Below, in pieces: positions 1 to 13,600 of a stretch of DNA of 64,000 nucleotides. Each line of letters opens with the position of its first letter. The first letter of the stretch is position 1. The DNA comes from Octopus vulgaris. Taxonomy: Eukaryota. The position numbers and the translations under genes are program-made. Under the pieces are notes generated by a model that saw nothing but the letters and a program-made list of their open reading frames with translations, was not told where the DNA came from and did not search any database. The stretch covers positions 55,552,001-55,616,000 of the forward strand of contig OX597828.1 in the NCBI GenBank assembly GCA_951406725.2. The letters are read 5' to 3'.

Positions 1-3
1 ATC

Positions 4-393
<390 letters not shown>

Positions 394-628
394 GCAATCT
401 GGCCAGCCACAAGGAAAAACTAAGCTACGAGCAGTAGATTCCTTGGAAAAAGGATCGAATACATACGAAACAAGGACAAAAAAACGGACGATGTTACACG
501 AATATAAATAAAAAAAAAACAAAACAAAAAATAATACGAATATAAATACAAAAAAAACAATAATAATAATAATAACAGGACATAACAACAGGCGTCTTTC
601 GACTCAGACGAATTGAATTCAGCTGGCG
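394..628. repeat. Unclassified interspersed repeat fragment, possibly Penelope-derived
   Basis: Homologous to ~13285-13455 (caatctgg..aaggaaaaactaa..tagattccttggaa..aacaggac..aacagg). Confidence 0.5.
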
Positions 629-654
629 TATATATATATATATATGCATGTATT

Positions 655-898
655 ATTTTTTGCTTGTTTCAGTCATTAGACTGTGGGCATGCTGGGGCAC
701 CACATTAAAGATGTTTTAGTACCTATACTTACCTTTAAAATACGGCTATTAATTCTACGGACTACTTTTGCCGAAGTGGTAAGTTATGGGAACGTGAACA
801 CACACAACAACACCGGTTTACAAGCTGTTTAGGAAGATAAACACAAAGACAAACACACATACACGCGCGCACGCACACACACATGCATGTGAATATAC

Positions 899-934
<36 letters not shown>

Positions 935-1095
935 CATACACCGGGCTTCTTTCAGTTTCCGTCTACGGAATTCACTCAGAAGGATTTGGTTGACCTATGG
1001 CTAAGGTGGAAGATACTAGACTAAGATACAACGCAGTGGTACTGAGCCCGGGATCATGTCGTTGAGAAGTCAGCCTCTTATCATACAGTCAATCT
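655..1095 (-). mobile_element. tRNA-derived SINE with internal microsatellite (family of 52811-53240)
   Basis: Reverse complement matches the head (gtagacggaaactgaaagaagccc) and tail (gccccagcatg..tgactgaaacaag) of the full-length copy. Confidence 0.75.
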
Positions 1096-1106
1096 ACACC
1101 GATGAT

Positions 1107-1177
<71 letters not shown>

Positions 1178-1734
1178 AACGTTCACACATCCACCTACGC
1201 GCGCGCGCACACACACACACACACATATATATATCTGCAAGCTTTCAAATATGAATTCTAACTCGCGTCGGATATTCAAATCATTTGTAGCTAATACCTT
1301 GTTCTGGTCTCTTGTCACAAATTAACAGCATTGCTACCTGTGTAATAAAGTGAAATGTTAATGGATTCTTTAGATGAGATTACCGTTGCTTATTGGAAAA
1401 TTAGTAATTAAGTGTCTGTAGCTTTGCATATCTTTAATTCACACTTGATATCAAAATGAGAGTTGTTAACAAGAAAATTAATTTATTAAACACAATCATT
1501 AATTAAAGCTTTGGATATTGAAGCAGTTATTGACAAAGTCGACAACTTTCATTTGCAAGGTCTTCATATATAGCAGAAAAGGGAACAAATTTATAAGAAA
1601 AGAAAAAGAAGAAATATCGCTATCCTGTATATTCCAACTGTAATTAAACAAAAGTGTGTGGCATACTGACTGACGATATTGACAGAAATGAGGCTTAATT
1701 AGATCCAAACGCACCGTCGTCGACAATGTGTCTA

Positions 1735-1926
1735 TTCCCTTCTAATGTAGGCACAAGTCCTGAAATTTTGGGGAGGAGTTAAGTCGATTACATCGACTCC
1801 AGTGTTTTACTGGTACTTAAATTATCGACTCCGAAATGATGAAAGGCAAATCAACCTCGGCGTAATTTGAATTGAGAACGTAGCGGCGGGTGAAATACCG
1901 CTAAGCTTGTCGTCCAGCTCACCGCC

Positions 1927-1929
<3 letters not shown>
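1735..1929 (-). mobile_element. tRNA-derived SINE with GCCTTTCATC..GTCGATAA..AAGTACCAG core (Meta-like), tail type 1
   Basis: rc reads ggcggtgagctgg..gcctttcatcatttcggagtcgataatttaagtaccag..aaaatttcaggacttgtgcctac. Confidence 0.8.
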
Positions 1930-1993
<64 letters not shown>

Positions 1994-1994
1994 T
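1929..1994 (+). repeat. (TAA)n microsatellite
   Basis: Direct inspection. Confidence 0.95.
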
Positions 1995-2546
1995 AGGCTT
2001 CTGATCTTAACTGATGCTCTCATGGCTTCTGATCTTAACTGATTGGAAGTGTTATCATGTACATTGTTTTGTCTTGGTATAAAAGATGGGCTACAGCAAA
2101 TATTCTGCTCAATACCACAGATTTGCTTGTCAGTTGTTTGACCTTAACCAGTTGAGCATGTCCCTTAGTGGCTGATGATATGTGTATCTCTGATCACAAG
2201 CAGAAGTAGTGGGGGAGCATCATAGCCATGTGTTGAGAGGGATTCTTTGGGGTTTGAATAGTTCGCCTCTGGAAACATGGGTGGTTCTTTCAACATCCTT
2301 AAACAACCCTTATTCAGAGACCGTTTGAGCGGGATGAACTACTCAACCTGAAGAAAATTCTAACAGGGCCCCACCTGCAAGGTCATGTGCTGTTTATCTT
2401 GATATGAGATCACCATGCCGCGCACATATGGTTGTGATGCATGTGCCTGGTGTACCTTTATCAGACGGGTAGTCATGATGGGTATATTGGGCTTCGTATA
2501 TTTTACCCCAGTGTCACCTTGATGGCATGAACTGTTCTCTCACTCA
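1995..2546 (+). mobile_element. Probable 3' UTR of a (TAA)n-associated non-LTR retrotransposon
   Basis: Higher-GC non-coding block bounded on both sides by (TAA)n and ending ctctcactc-aataataat; adjacent to an R4/Dong-like ORF fragment. Confidence 0.55.
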
Positions 2547-2571
2547 ATAATAATAATAATAATAATAAAAT

Positions 2572-2602
<31 letters not shown>

Positions 2603-2620
2603 TATGATAATAATAATAAC

Positions 2621-2664
<44 letters not shown>

Positions 2665-2675
2665 TAATAATAATG

Positions 2676-2750
<75 letters not shown>
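2547..2750 (+). repeat. (TAA)n/(TGA) microsatellite
   Basis: Direct inspection. Confidence 0.95.
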
Positions 2751-2751
<1 letters not shown>

Positions 2752-3443
2752 CTGAAAAACTCTGAGGACTGGATGTTAGAACTTGTTTCAAAACATGAAA
2801 ACAAGAAAGCATCATACTCAGGAACAAAACAGGCAAAGGAATATCTAAGTGAATTCCGAATACAACAAATTTCGGAATTAGACATACAAAAATCAAGCAC
2901 AGAAAAAGCTAGGCGCATGAAAACCCGTGCTAAAACTGCGGCCTTAGATATTCTGAATGATAAATGGCAAGAAAAACCTCTCTATGGCAAATATCCAAAG
3001 AGAGCGAATAATGCAGATGTTGACAAAGCCCTTACCCATCAATACTTAGTGGCTTCTGGCTTAAAATCTGAAACAGAAGAGTTTATCATAGCAGCTGAAG
3101 ATCAATGCCTACCTACAAGGAACTACCAGGCCAACATATTAAAGAACGGCAGTAGCCCAACATGTCGTGTATGTCAACAACAAAAGGAAACTATTGATCA
3201 TGTTGTCTCCAAGTGCAGTCTTCTTGCGCCTACAGAGTATCTCAACAGGCATGATAGAGCTGCACAATATATTCACTGGGTAATTTGCAGAAGCCTGGAC
3301 TTGCCCCATGATAAAAACTGGTGGAAACACAAAAACCACTTCCAGTGCTTGAAAATGATCTCATCTCACTCCTCTGGAACTTCACCATTCAAACTGACTG
3401 AAAGATTGATGCAAATAGGCCAGACATTATATTGAAAGACTTT
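2751..3443 (+). mobile_element. R4/Dong-like LINE fragment (C-terminal CCHC knuckle and start of restriction-like endonuclease), frameshifted
   Basis: ORF 2773-3435 has CRVCQQQKETIDHVVSKC and RHD; a shifted frame continues LLWNFTIQTD*KIDANRPDIILKD (RLE PD motif); 5' end abuts (TAA)n. Confidence 0.85.
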
Positions 3444-3449
3444 AATTAA

Positions 3450-4130
3450 TGATTGTGTTTAATAAATTAATTGATTACACATTCACTAACTTTGTTTTCT
3501 TATACCATTCATAGAATCAAACGCCACAAAAATATGCTATTTAAAAAAAAAAGTTTCATAATGTCCACTAAATTTCCCAAGCCTCATATAGTCTTCAAAA
3601 TAATTGTGGAATTTCTATGGGAACTTCTAGTTCTGTATGAATTCCTTATACGTATTTGGTATTATGGGTATATGGGTATTTAGAGGAGATTTACAGGGGA
3701 TTGTGCGGATAAACAAATGTGCAATTTTTTCGATTTAAACAATGGTGTAATTTGTTTTTGAACTAAGTGTTTTTCTTCTGTTATTTAACCGATTTGTAAT
3801 GCCTTCACGTGATTAGGTGAAGAGAAAGGCGAAGAGCGAGAGAAAACGAGAGCGAAAAAGAGGGTGAGGCGAAGAGTGACAGAGAAAGAGGGCGAGTGCT
3901 GCATATTAATCTATATAATTGTGCATAAAGTATATAAAGTTTATATATAAAGTGCATTAAGTAATCATTCTATTCTAATTTCCTTCACTTTCCAATGATT
4001 AGCAGATGAGCGACTCTCTTTTGATACAGACACAAAACAGGCTACACTTTCAGGCTTTTTGGATGACGTTTTCAGAAATAGCCCAATAAGTTTACCATTA
4101 ATTGCGTGATATATTCACGGGTCCCGCTAG
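3450..4130 (+). mobile_element. Non-autonomous Helitron remnant (3' end; 5' boundary uncertain)
   Basis: Hairpin cgtga-tatat-tcacg followed by CTAG|T at 4127-4131. Confidence 0.55.
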
Positions 4131-5185
4131 TTTATGTTAATAAGTTTAACTTACACATAATACAAATGACAGGGGAAATTAAAGGGGTAGAAGAAAAGTA
4201 TTATAAGCCAAACAGTTCTTTCTGGGGGTTCGGAGATTCGTGATAATGTCGGTGGATGCAGTTCAGCACAGTATGCAGCCGTATGGAAGCCATTATCATT
4301 AGGTAAGACGAGCCACCGTCATCAGGCTAGAGATCTTACTTTTCCGATCTTAATGCAGAGAGGTTCAAATGTGTGGACTTTTTAATATGTCGGTACTTAT
4401 GTGTTTAAGCGTTATCCAATCTTGCATTATCATGGATTAAAAAAAAAATCACTCTTGTGTGAGAAAGATGAAAAGCTTGATTTGTTTTCAGTATAAAATG
4501 AAATGTTTCTCTGGGTATTTCAGCAACTAAGTTATCTCCGTAACTTTATCAATATATTACAAAATATATTACAAAATTGCAATCAGTTGATGCCAATGTC
4601 AAGTAAGAACTTGGGGAGGGGTTATCACTCCGAATTTCATTGCAAAACAGAACTATATATTTTGAAACAAAAACAGAACTATATATATGTTAAAAAAAAA
4701 ATTCATGAGTTTTTTATGGATTAGTGACAAAAAGCACGCCTGAGAAAGTTAATGAACCAAATTAGACATTAAATGAGTTTAGGGATAAAACCTCTATCAA
4801 CACTGAGCTGTATTGGAAACAATGTATCAATATTTCAACTTGAGTAGATCTAATCTGACTGGATGTCAAAACTATTTTATTTCTGGTCTGATTGAATAGA
4901 ACCTATTGATATCTAGTATTTATCATTCGCTACGTTAAAAGAAAAGTTCAAAAAACATCTGTCACATTAACGTCTCGATTAACGAATTGATTCTGCTTAA
5001 AAAGCTCACGCAATTTCAAACCAATTAGACCTCGTCAGCTCCTAATTGCGAAGAACATGACAACTGTCGTCCTCTCCCCCACTGCATTCTCTCTAGTGAT
5101 TCTAACGCCAGATTATTTAAAAATAAGTCTCAAATGAATGGTTTTATATGAAATTGTAAGCAGTCGTAGAATAAAATGCAAAAAA

Positions 5186-5222
<37 letters not shown>

Positions 5223-5814
5223 AAAGGAAAAAGGAGAAGTGAGTGATAGAAATGGTAAGAGAAAGAGTGAGTTAAAAAAATGAGGGTTTATGGGGTTCAA
5301 AATGCTGCGTAGAAAAGTAGATTCCACTTCGTCGCTACATTTCAGTTGATTTATGTATACATTAAGGCGGTAAATCAACAGGTGACAGATATATTTTGTT
5401 TCGCACAAATCACTATACAATGTTACTGCTTACTTTATAGAAGACATTTAAAGTTCTGATTCACTCTCTCATATTTTCTTCTATATATTTTCTTCTACAC
5501 AGTTATTTTTCTGTGTTTTGTGCGTGTATATATATATATATATGACTATGCGTGTGAGTGCGTGTATCTATGTAAGTGCGCTTGCGTGCGCTTATCTGTA
5601 TGGTTTAAGTGAGTGTGTGATTTTAACTGATAACATTTTCGAATGCATTTGATGTTTTTCTTTATTCTTCAATTCACACACCAACAATTCTTCGAGCCAG
5701 TGGGAACTTAATTTCCTACACTTCGTTTATCACTCTTTATTACTTTCTTCTTTCATTTTCTTTTAGTCGCTTCACTTGATAGGAAGTTCTCTGCTTTATT
5801 TCCTATCTTAACAT

Positions 5815-5848
5815 TTTATTATTATTATTTTTGTTATTATTATTATTA

Positions 5849-5911
<63 letters not shown>

Positions 5912-5928
5912 TTCTTCTTCTTCTTCTT

Positions 5929-5987
<59 letters not shown>

Positions 5988-5988
5988 C
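5815..5988 (+). repeat. (TTA)n(TTC)n(TTA)n compound microsatellite
   Basis: Direct inspection. Confidence 0.95.
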
Positions 5989-6534
5989 ATTTCACTTTTT
6001 ATTTCCATTGATATTAAAGCAAAAACGACAAAACAACAAAACGGACTTGAAATGAAACGATACTCATAATGGAAAAAAATTAAACAGGCAAAACGAAATC
6101 AACTAAAAATTCAGAGCAAAAAACACATAAAAAATCCCCCAAACATTTACTAGGAAATGAAAAAAAAAATGAAAATAAACTAGAGAAACGCTACAGGTTA
6201 AAGAGAGAGAAAGTAGAATGTTATAAAGAAGATAAGAAAATCATCAAAGAGTGATGAATATTGAGACAGAAGCCTACATTAGAAGGAAAATAATATTTCT
6301 GACTGTTTTGCATTTTCTTACTTTAAGTAATTTTGCACTCTTAGTCAATGTGTTGCAAAAAAAATTTCATTACTTTTTTATATCACAAATGGTGTCATCG
6401 AATAGCATCAGTAGGTTGAGTTTAATCTACGTTATATAGAGTGAATTACAAGTGGTTAGTCATTTTGTAGGGGTTCAGTTTGCTAGAAACAATAACCAAA
6501 ACTCCTTCAGATCTTATCATCTCACAACAAGAAT

Positions 6535-6860
6535 TTTTCACTTGCTACATTCAGTGGGCTGCGGCCATACTGGGGCATCATCTTGATGGGTATTCTTTTT
6601 TTTTTGCGATTTTAGTCGAACAAATCGAATCCACAAATTAGTCTTTATCAAGTCTGGTACTTATTCTATTGGTCTCTTCTTTCACTATGTTACGAAGACT
6701 TGAACAAACCGACAAAGTTGTCAATTGGTGGTGGTGGTGGTGGGTACAAACACAAGCACATATACATATATGTATACACCTCACTGGATGGAGTACTCGT
6801 TCATCGATCCTATCTATAAGAGATCAGTAAACTACATATATACGTGTGTATATGTACGTG

Positions 6861-6901
<41 letters not shown>

Positions 6902-6956
6902 TGATAGATAGATATATGCATATATGCGTACATATACATATACATGTTTGTGCATG

Positions 6957-6990
<34 letters not shown>

Positions 6991-7190
6991 CGTATGTGTG
7001 TGTGCGTGCGTGCGTTATATATACCATGAGCTTCCGAAGTTTCCATCAAACATATTTACACACATGGCATTCATTAATCGGCCCGAGGCTATTGCAGAAG
7101 ACACTTGCACAAAGTACTACGCACTGAGCCTGAACCTGCAATCAAGTGGTCGAAAAGACAACTTCTCAGCCATACAGCCATACCTGCAAC
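6535..7190 (-). mobile_element. Degenerate SINE of the 52811 family with expanded internal microsatellites
   Basis: Tail homology at ~6545-6760 and head homology at ~7025-7190. Confidence 0.6.
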
Positions 7191-7330
7191 TATGTGGTGA
7201 GAAAAAAAAGTGTGTATGTGGGTGGGTGAGATACAGAAGCATCATGAAATAAAAAGCTCATTGAAGGTCATAGGCGTAATAGTCCAAGCTAAGCGAAATA
7301 TAGAAATATATGTGAGACAGAAAGCTTATA

Positions 7331-7562
7331 TTTTTCTTTACTACCCACAAGGGGCTAAACACAGAGGGGACAAACAAGGACAGACAAAGGGATCAAGTCG
7401 ATTACATCGACCCCAGTGCGTAACTGGTACTTAATTTATCGACCCCGAAAGGATGAAAGGCAAAGTCAACCTCGGCGGAATTTGAACTCGGAACATAAGG
7501 ACAGACGATATATGGCTACGCATTTCGCCCGGCATGCTAACGTTTCTGCCAGCTCACCGCCT
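7331..7562 (-). mobile_element. Full-length Meta-like SINE with Tx1-like 3' tail (tail type 2) and 18-bp TSD
   Basis: TSD tgagacagaaagcttata at 7313-7330 and 7563-7580; rc tail tttgtcccctctgtgtttagccccttgtgggtagtaaagaaa. Confidence 0.9.
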
Positions 7563-7584
7563 TGAGACAGAAAGCTTATAGTAG

Positions 7585-7641
7585 TATTATTTTTATTATT
7601 ATTATTATTAGTAGTAGTAGTAGTAATAGTAGTAGTAGTAA

Positions 7642-7692
<51 letters not shown>

Positions 7693-7732
7693 AAGCAGTA
7701 GTATTAGTAGTAGTAGTAGTAGTAGTAGTAGC

Positions 7733-7797
<65 letters not shown>

Positions 7798-7820
7798 TAG
7801 TAGTAACTGCAGCAGCAGCA
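7585..7820 (+). repeat. (TTA)/(TAG)/(CAG) compound trinucleotide repeat
   Basis: Direct inspection. Confidence 0.95.
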
Positions 7821-8555
7821 GAAGTGGTTTCCTCGATTTCTTTGCAGCTATGATACAAGATTCGCTTCCTTAAGCGTGCATTTGTCTTTCTCAGCTGAAG
7901 AAATGAAGATCGAATGTTATACAAAACGTAAGAAAAAATCGTTTCATAGACGTACCTGCATATATCATATAACTTTCGTGTATCGATGAATGAAAAGAAG
8001 TATAAAAAATATAAGAAGTATTTCTCCTCTCTTCCTCACATACTTACTTACGCTGTATCTCTGTCTATCTAACTATTGATCGATCGTTCGATTAAAATCT
8101 GTCGATTGATCGAGGTATGCCTTCACATCTATAATTTCTTTGCGTAGCTGTTCCAGGTAGGCAGTGACCGAGAAAAATAGTTATCGTACCAAATATGACA
8201 GTTCCGTGGCCTTGTATATGAAAGTTTTTTTTAAAAGAGGAGCTGCATGACTTGAAGAACAATGGGCTGTTATTTTTAGCAATTCTAAAATCATAATAAG
8301 GCTTACCCCATCTCATACCAAGTTCGTCTAGTAATTTGAAAGGAGGTCTGTTTATTATTTAGCTAATCACCTATCTATCTATCTGTCTATCTATCTATCT
8401 GTTTGTCTATCTATCTATCTATCTATTTATGTGTCTTTCTGTCTGTCTATCTACTTATCTATGTACTTAACGACCAGCTAAATATGCACATATGTATATA
8501 TGTATGCAAGTATATGTATGTATATATGCATATAAATATATATATACACACACAT

Positions 8556-8588
<33 letters not shown>

Positions 8589-9148
8589 CCTACATAATAT
8601 AAACGCATATATCTGTAGACATGCATGCATGCGAGTGTGAATGTATGTATGTGTGTGTATTCGTATGTGTGTATGTGTGTATGTGTATATCTGTTGTGTG
8701 AGAAGCATAAAGGAAGTATTAAATTCCTCAAGAGTATTTTTAGTCAAGAACTTATTTGGCACCAAGCAGAAGTGTCAAAAGGTCACAGCGACCTTGCCAG
8801 CTTGGATTTATTGATATATAATATCGTGACATTCACCTACATTAACAATAGACACACGTGCACTTACTTCCACTAACGCTTGCATGACTGTATAATCAAA
8901 GTCATAAAAATGTGGACAGTTTGACATACACATGAACATAATACATTCATATTAGCATAGACAGACATACACACACACATCCGCACACGCATGCAGATGC
9001 ACACACATAGATATATATGCACACACACACAAAGACACACACATATATATATACATATATAAATAAAAACATACATAATATATAGGCATTGTATGTGCAT
9101 GTAACATATGTATATATATATTTGTGTGTATATATGTATGTGTATATG

Positions 9149-9187
<39 letters not shown>

Positions 9188-9344
9188 TAACATATGGTAC
9201 AATTACAAACGGCAAATTTTTATCCATTTCTCCACAGACTGAAAAATATGAAGAACCTTAATCAATACGTTTATTCTTTTATTCCTTTACTTGTTTCAGT
9301 CATTTGACTGTGGCCATGCTGGAGCACCACTTTGCAATGTATAT

Positions 9345-9390
<46 letters not shown>

Positions 9391-9471
9391 AATAATATAT
9401 AAATATATGCATATATACATACATATATGTACATAACTACATATATATATATATGTATATATACATGCATA

Positions 9472-9772
9472 TAGGGGTGCAAGACATCAAAAACACGTTG
9501 AACACAATGAAAAACGAAAACATAGAAACGAAATTGTTTTCGAGCAACGAAAATAAACCCAAAGAAAATAGAGAAACGAGACATACAACATAAAGAATAT
9601 TCCCCTTCTTCAGCTGTCCCTGTTTCAACTACTCCACGTCCCGAAGTCAAGGACAAGACGCGACTTAGTTGAAACAATCCTTCCCACAAAGCAAATTAAA
9701 TAAACGTTGGGTTTTTGCGGAGGGTGAAAGTGTTAACAAGAACAGGGCAGTGACAAAACAGTAAAAACAGTA
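9472..9772. repeat. Unclassified interspersed repeat embedded in (TA)n
   Basis: Complex block flanked by TA tracts; internal inverted repeat tgtttcaacta/tagttgaaaca. Confidence 0.4.
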
Positions 9773-9783
9773 ATATATATATA

Positions 9784-10045
<262 letters not shown>

Positions 10046-10659
10046 AAAATATAGCGGCGTACGTACACTTTGGTCTCTGATATATATATATATATGTACA
10101 CACGCATTCACACACACACGCACATGTATATGACGTCTTTTGAATAGAGTCTAGTAACCTCTTGCTGGAAAGTAAACAAAATATCATCAATACGTCAATA
10201 TATTTGCTGGCAAGTTTCATTCAGATCTTCTGTGAACATTTGAAACCTGACTAATGCCGACATCTAACGGGAACTGGAAGCCGTAGGCTGCTTTGTGGGA
10301 AGTCAATGGCTTGACAGGTGAGCGTCGGTCGTCGGAGAGATATCAGGACGAGATAGACAGACAGGCAGACAGGCAGCTAGGCTGGCAAATAGGCAGACAA
10401 GAAGGCAGACATGTAGGCATCTTGCCAGGCAAGTAGGCAAGTAGGCAAGTAGGCAGCCAGGCAATTAGACGAACAACAGCAAATTGGCAGACAAGCAAAT
10501 CAGTCAGTCAGTCTGTCAAACGGTCAGACGACAGCATGGTCGGAAATGACGGCCCAGACTGTCACTTACACATACATGTTATGCACTTTCGGTTTGTAAC
10601 GGTTATGGTCTCAATCATATTGATGATGATGATGATGATGATGACAGGAGCCTCTGGAT

Positions 10660-10935
10660 CAGTGTTTCTTAACCGTTGCTAAACCATGGACTCCTTCGGT
10701 TACTATTTTCCTCTCGCGACTCCCAAAGCCATGCGATGTTTAAATACCGGTTTTATAAATATTTCTTTCGAAATTCCCATATTGTTTCTCACCCTTTCCT
10801 TTCTCTAAGCTGAATTATGAATAATGCTTGAGAAATAAATAATAAAAATAAAACAAGCTGTTTCTTGCAATAAAAGCATCTAAATCACAAATTTTAATGG
10901 ACCTTTAAAATACAACTATGGATCCTTAATTTACT
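10660..10935. mobile_element. Possible hAT-type non-autonomous element remnant
   Basis: Begins cagtgtttcttaacc (Charlie-like TIR); second TIR not found. Confidence 0.3.
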
Positions 10936-11237
10936 CTTTTATCTTTGTTTCCCCCCCACCCCCACCCCAGACATGACCGACTTTACTTTCAACATTACTG
11001 AAATCGATAAAATAAAGTATCAATCAAATACTCGAGTATATGCACAGATGTAATCGAATATACTCTTTTTCCATTACTCGTGGACACGTATCTCTCACAA
11101 AAATCACTGTTTGTATTGAATGTATGCATGTCACTTAGTAAAAACTTATTGACTTTCTTATCAAACTAAAAGCAGAGAAGTATGTATTTGTTATAATTCA
11201 TCGTGAATCGTGTGACTCGCACCCCTTTTGTGTGTGT

Positions 11238-11291
<54 letters not shown>

Positions 11292-11293
<2 letters not shown>

Positions 11294-11486
11294 CGAAGCC
11301 GCATGGGTCAGTGGTTAGAAAGTCGAGCTCTCGATCGGGAGGTTGTGAGTTCGAATCCCAGACCGGGCTGTGTATTGTATTCTTGAGCAAGACACTTTAT
11401 TTCACGTTGCTCCAGTTCAGTCAGGTGTAGAAATGAGTTGCGTCGCCACAGGTGCAAAGCTGAATCGGTCTTTGCCTTTCCCATGG

Positions 11487-11490
<4 letters not shown>
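11292..11490 (+). mobile_element. tRNA-derived SINE (head type B)
   Basis: tgggtcagtggttag..gagttcgaatccc boxes; cttgagcaagacactttatttcacgttgctccagt body shared with 60369-60634. Confidence 0.8.
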
Positions 11491-11579
<89 letters not shown>

Positions 11580-11580
<1 letters not shown>

Positions 11581-11845
11581 CATGGACTCTCCCGTTTTTA
11601 GATGACGTATGAGGTTTCGGCAATTTCTTGCCGAACAACCACACCGATGATTTGTTTATAGTGATCAAATGTTTGTGTACACATGAGCTCTCCCTCCATC
11701 AAATTGCTATTACCTGTACAGGTGCACTGTGCGCCACATGTCAGATGACCAAGTAATCGCAGAGCAACGCCTAATCTGGCAACCGAACTCACCATCTCCC
11801 AATCGTCAATGCAACACCCGTAACCACTAAGCCATGCACCTTCGC
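11580..11845 (-). mobile_element. tRNA-derived SINE with a distinct body/tail
   Basis: rc starts gaaggtgcatggcttagtggtta..gagttcggtt. Confidence 0.65.
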
Positions 11846-12607
11846 ACACACATGCAAACACACACACGCGCGCGCGCGCGCACATGCACACAAACACACG
11901 TACACACACATATAACACATGCAGGTACACGGACACACCTACACACATAGAGATGGGTGTTGTGTGATTGCGTATATGCAATATGCACTAAGTATGTGTT
12001 TATATATCAAAAATATTCAAATCAAGAACTGTTGATATGTTTTGCAAACCTTCGCCCTATTATTGATTGGAAGAATCTGAAACTGCGAATTAATCATAAT
12101 TATTTCTGATCTTTTAGACAGAATCTCAGAATTTTGACGCAAATTCAATGAGTTTAGACAATAAATTAAAGGCAAAGTGCCGAGTAAATGTCAACGTGTC
12201 AGCGAAAGATTGTTTGCATTTATGCACAAAACCGATTTTCAATCCGTTTGTGTTCTCCGCTAAACTCTTGGTATAGATTTCACAGTAGTTCACCGTAAAT
12301 GCCTTATTTCTCAGAAGCTTTAAGCAAGACCTTTATATCTGCTGTCTTATTTTGAGTGAATTTGCAATGACTGGCGATTTTATCCCGTGTATAGGAGAGA
12401 GATATGCGCAATCATATAATGTGTGCAAATATATTCACACATACAATTACATATAAGATATATATCTCCTTTGAGTTTGTTTACGGAAAAAGTTTATGAA
12501 TATGCATATAAAAGTTTCTATTTTATTATGCCGGCTACAGCCAAATGATAGCAACATACAATAGCAGTTTTTCTGGGTACCACCAAGCCCTGCAGACATT
12601 TTGTAGG

Positions 12608-12609
<2 letters not shown>

Positions 12610-12678
<69 letters not shown>
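12610..12678 (+). repeat. (TAA)n microsatellite
   Basis: Direct inspection. Confidence 0.95.
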
Positions 12679-12940
12679 CCATGGATGCAATTTATAAATA
12701 TTTTAATGCACCACTACGCGCGTTTCCACAATTCTCATGTTTCTTACGAGTATAGTCTGTATTCCAGTACCGTAATCATTCCAGGAATACAGTCTATGTC
12801 GTAAGTAGCATGCAATGTGTAGAAACGCGCGTAGCGATGCGTTGAAATATTCTATCCAAGTACCGATCGAGAATTCCTTATACTGACGTCTGGCAAACGG
12901 AAATTGCGGAAAATGACGTCAGTATAAGGATTTCTCGGTT
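12679..12940. repeat. Double-hairpin repeat element
   Basis: Inverted arms ~12696-12851 and ~12868-12936; partial second copy at ~50258-50360. Confidence 0.7.
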
Positions 12941-13099
12941 AGCATTTTCGTACAACGAAGGTCCTTGTTAGAGAATATGTTTACATTTACGTGAGTTGAC
13001 TATAGCATTAGCTTTTATTTCTTGCAATGTCGCTATTTTCTAGCACCTCAGGCACCCAGGCATATTTGGTGACAATAATACACACACACACACATATAT

Positions 13100-13600
13100 A
13101 TATAATACAAAATGATTGGACAAGAACGCAAAACACTCGGACAGCTAAGTGATAGATACAAGGACAACAAATCATCCAGATAGATGATACAAAGAAAACA
13201 AGGACGGGTCATCCGAAGTTTTCTTTCCTCGGTCAAGCACCAGATTATCCTCGCAATTTCGGCTGATTATTCTTGAGGTTGCTCCAATCTGGACATCCCA
13301 AAGGAAAAACTAAACTAAGTGCATTAGATTCCTTGGAAGAAAGCAGTGAATGTATACAAAAACAAGGTTACACAAATATAAAAACAATAAAAATAATAAC
13401 AGGACAGAACAACAGGTGTGTTTCGACTAGGGACGAATTGAATTAAGCTGGCGCGTGTGGAAACGAAGCCTTACGACAGAGATACAAAAGTTTCACAAGC
13501 GCACGGAAGAATATCGATGTTGCACGGACAACGGTCAGTCCAAGAAAGAAAGAGCAGGCTTGGCCGAATGGCGGTTTCGTGGGAAGAAAAGAGAGAGAAG
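13100..13600. repeat. Unclassified interspersed repeat next to (TA)n, possibly Penelope-derived
   Basis: Shares segments with 394-628 and 9880-10045. Confidence 0.55.

Noticed and set aside
10225-10317. 93-nt AG..GT exon-like segment
   Set aside because: Weak pyrimidine tract and stops in all three frames; a non-coding exon cannot be excluded but is unsupported.
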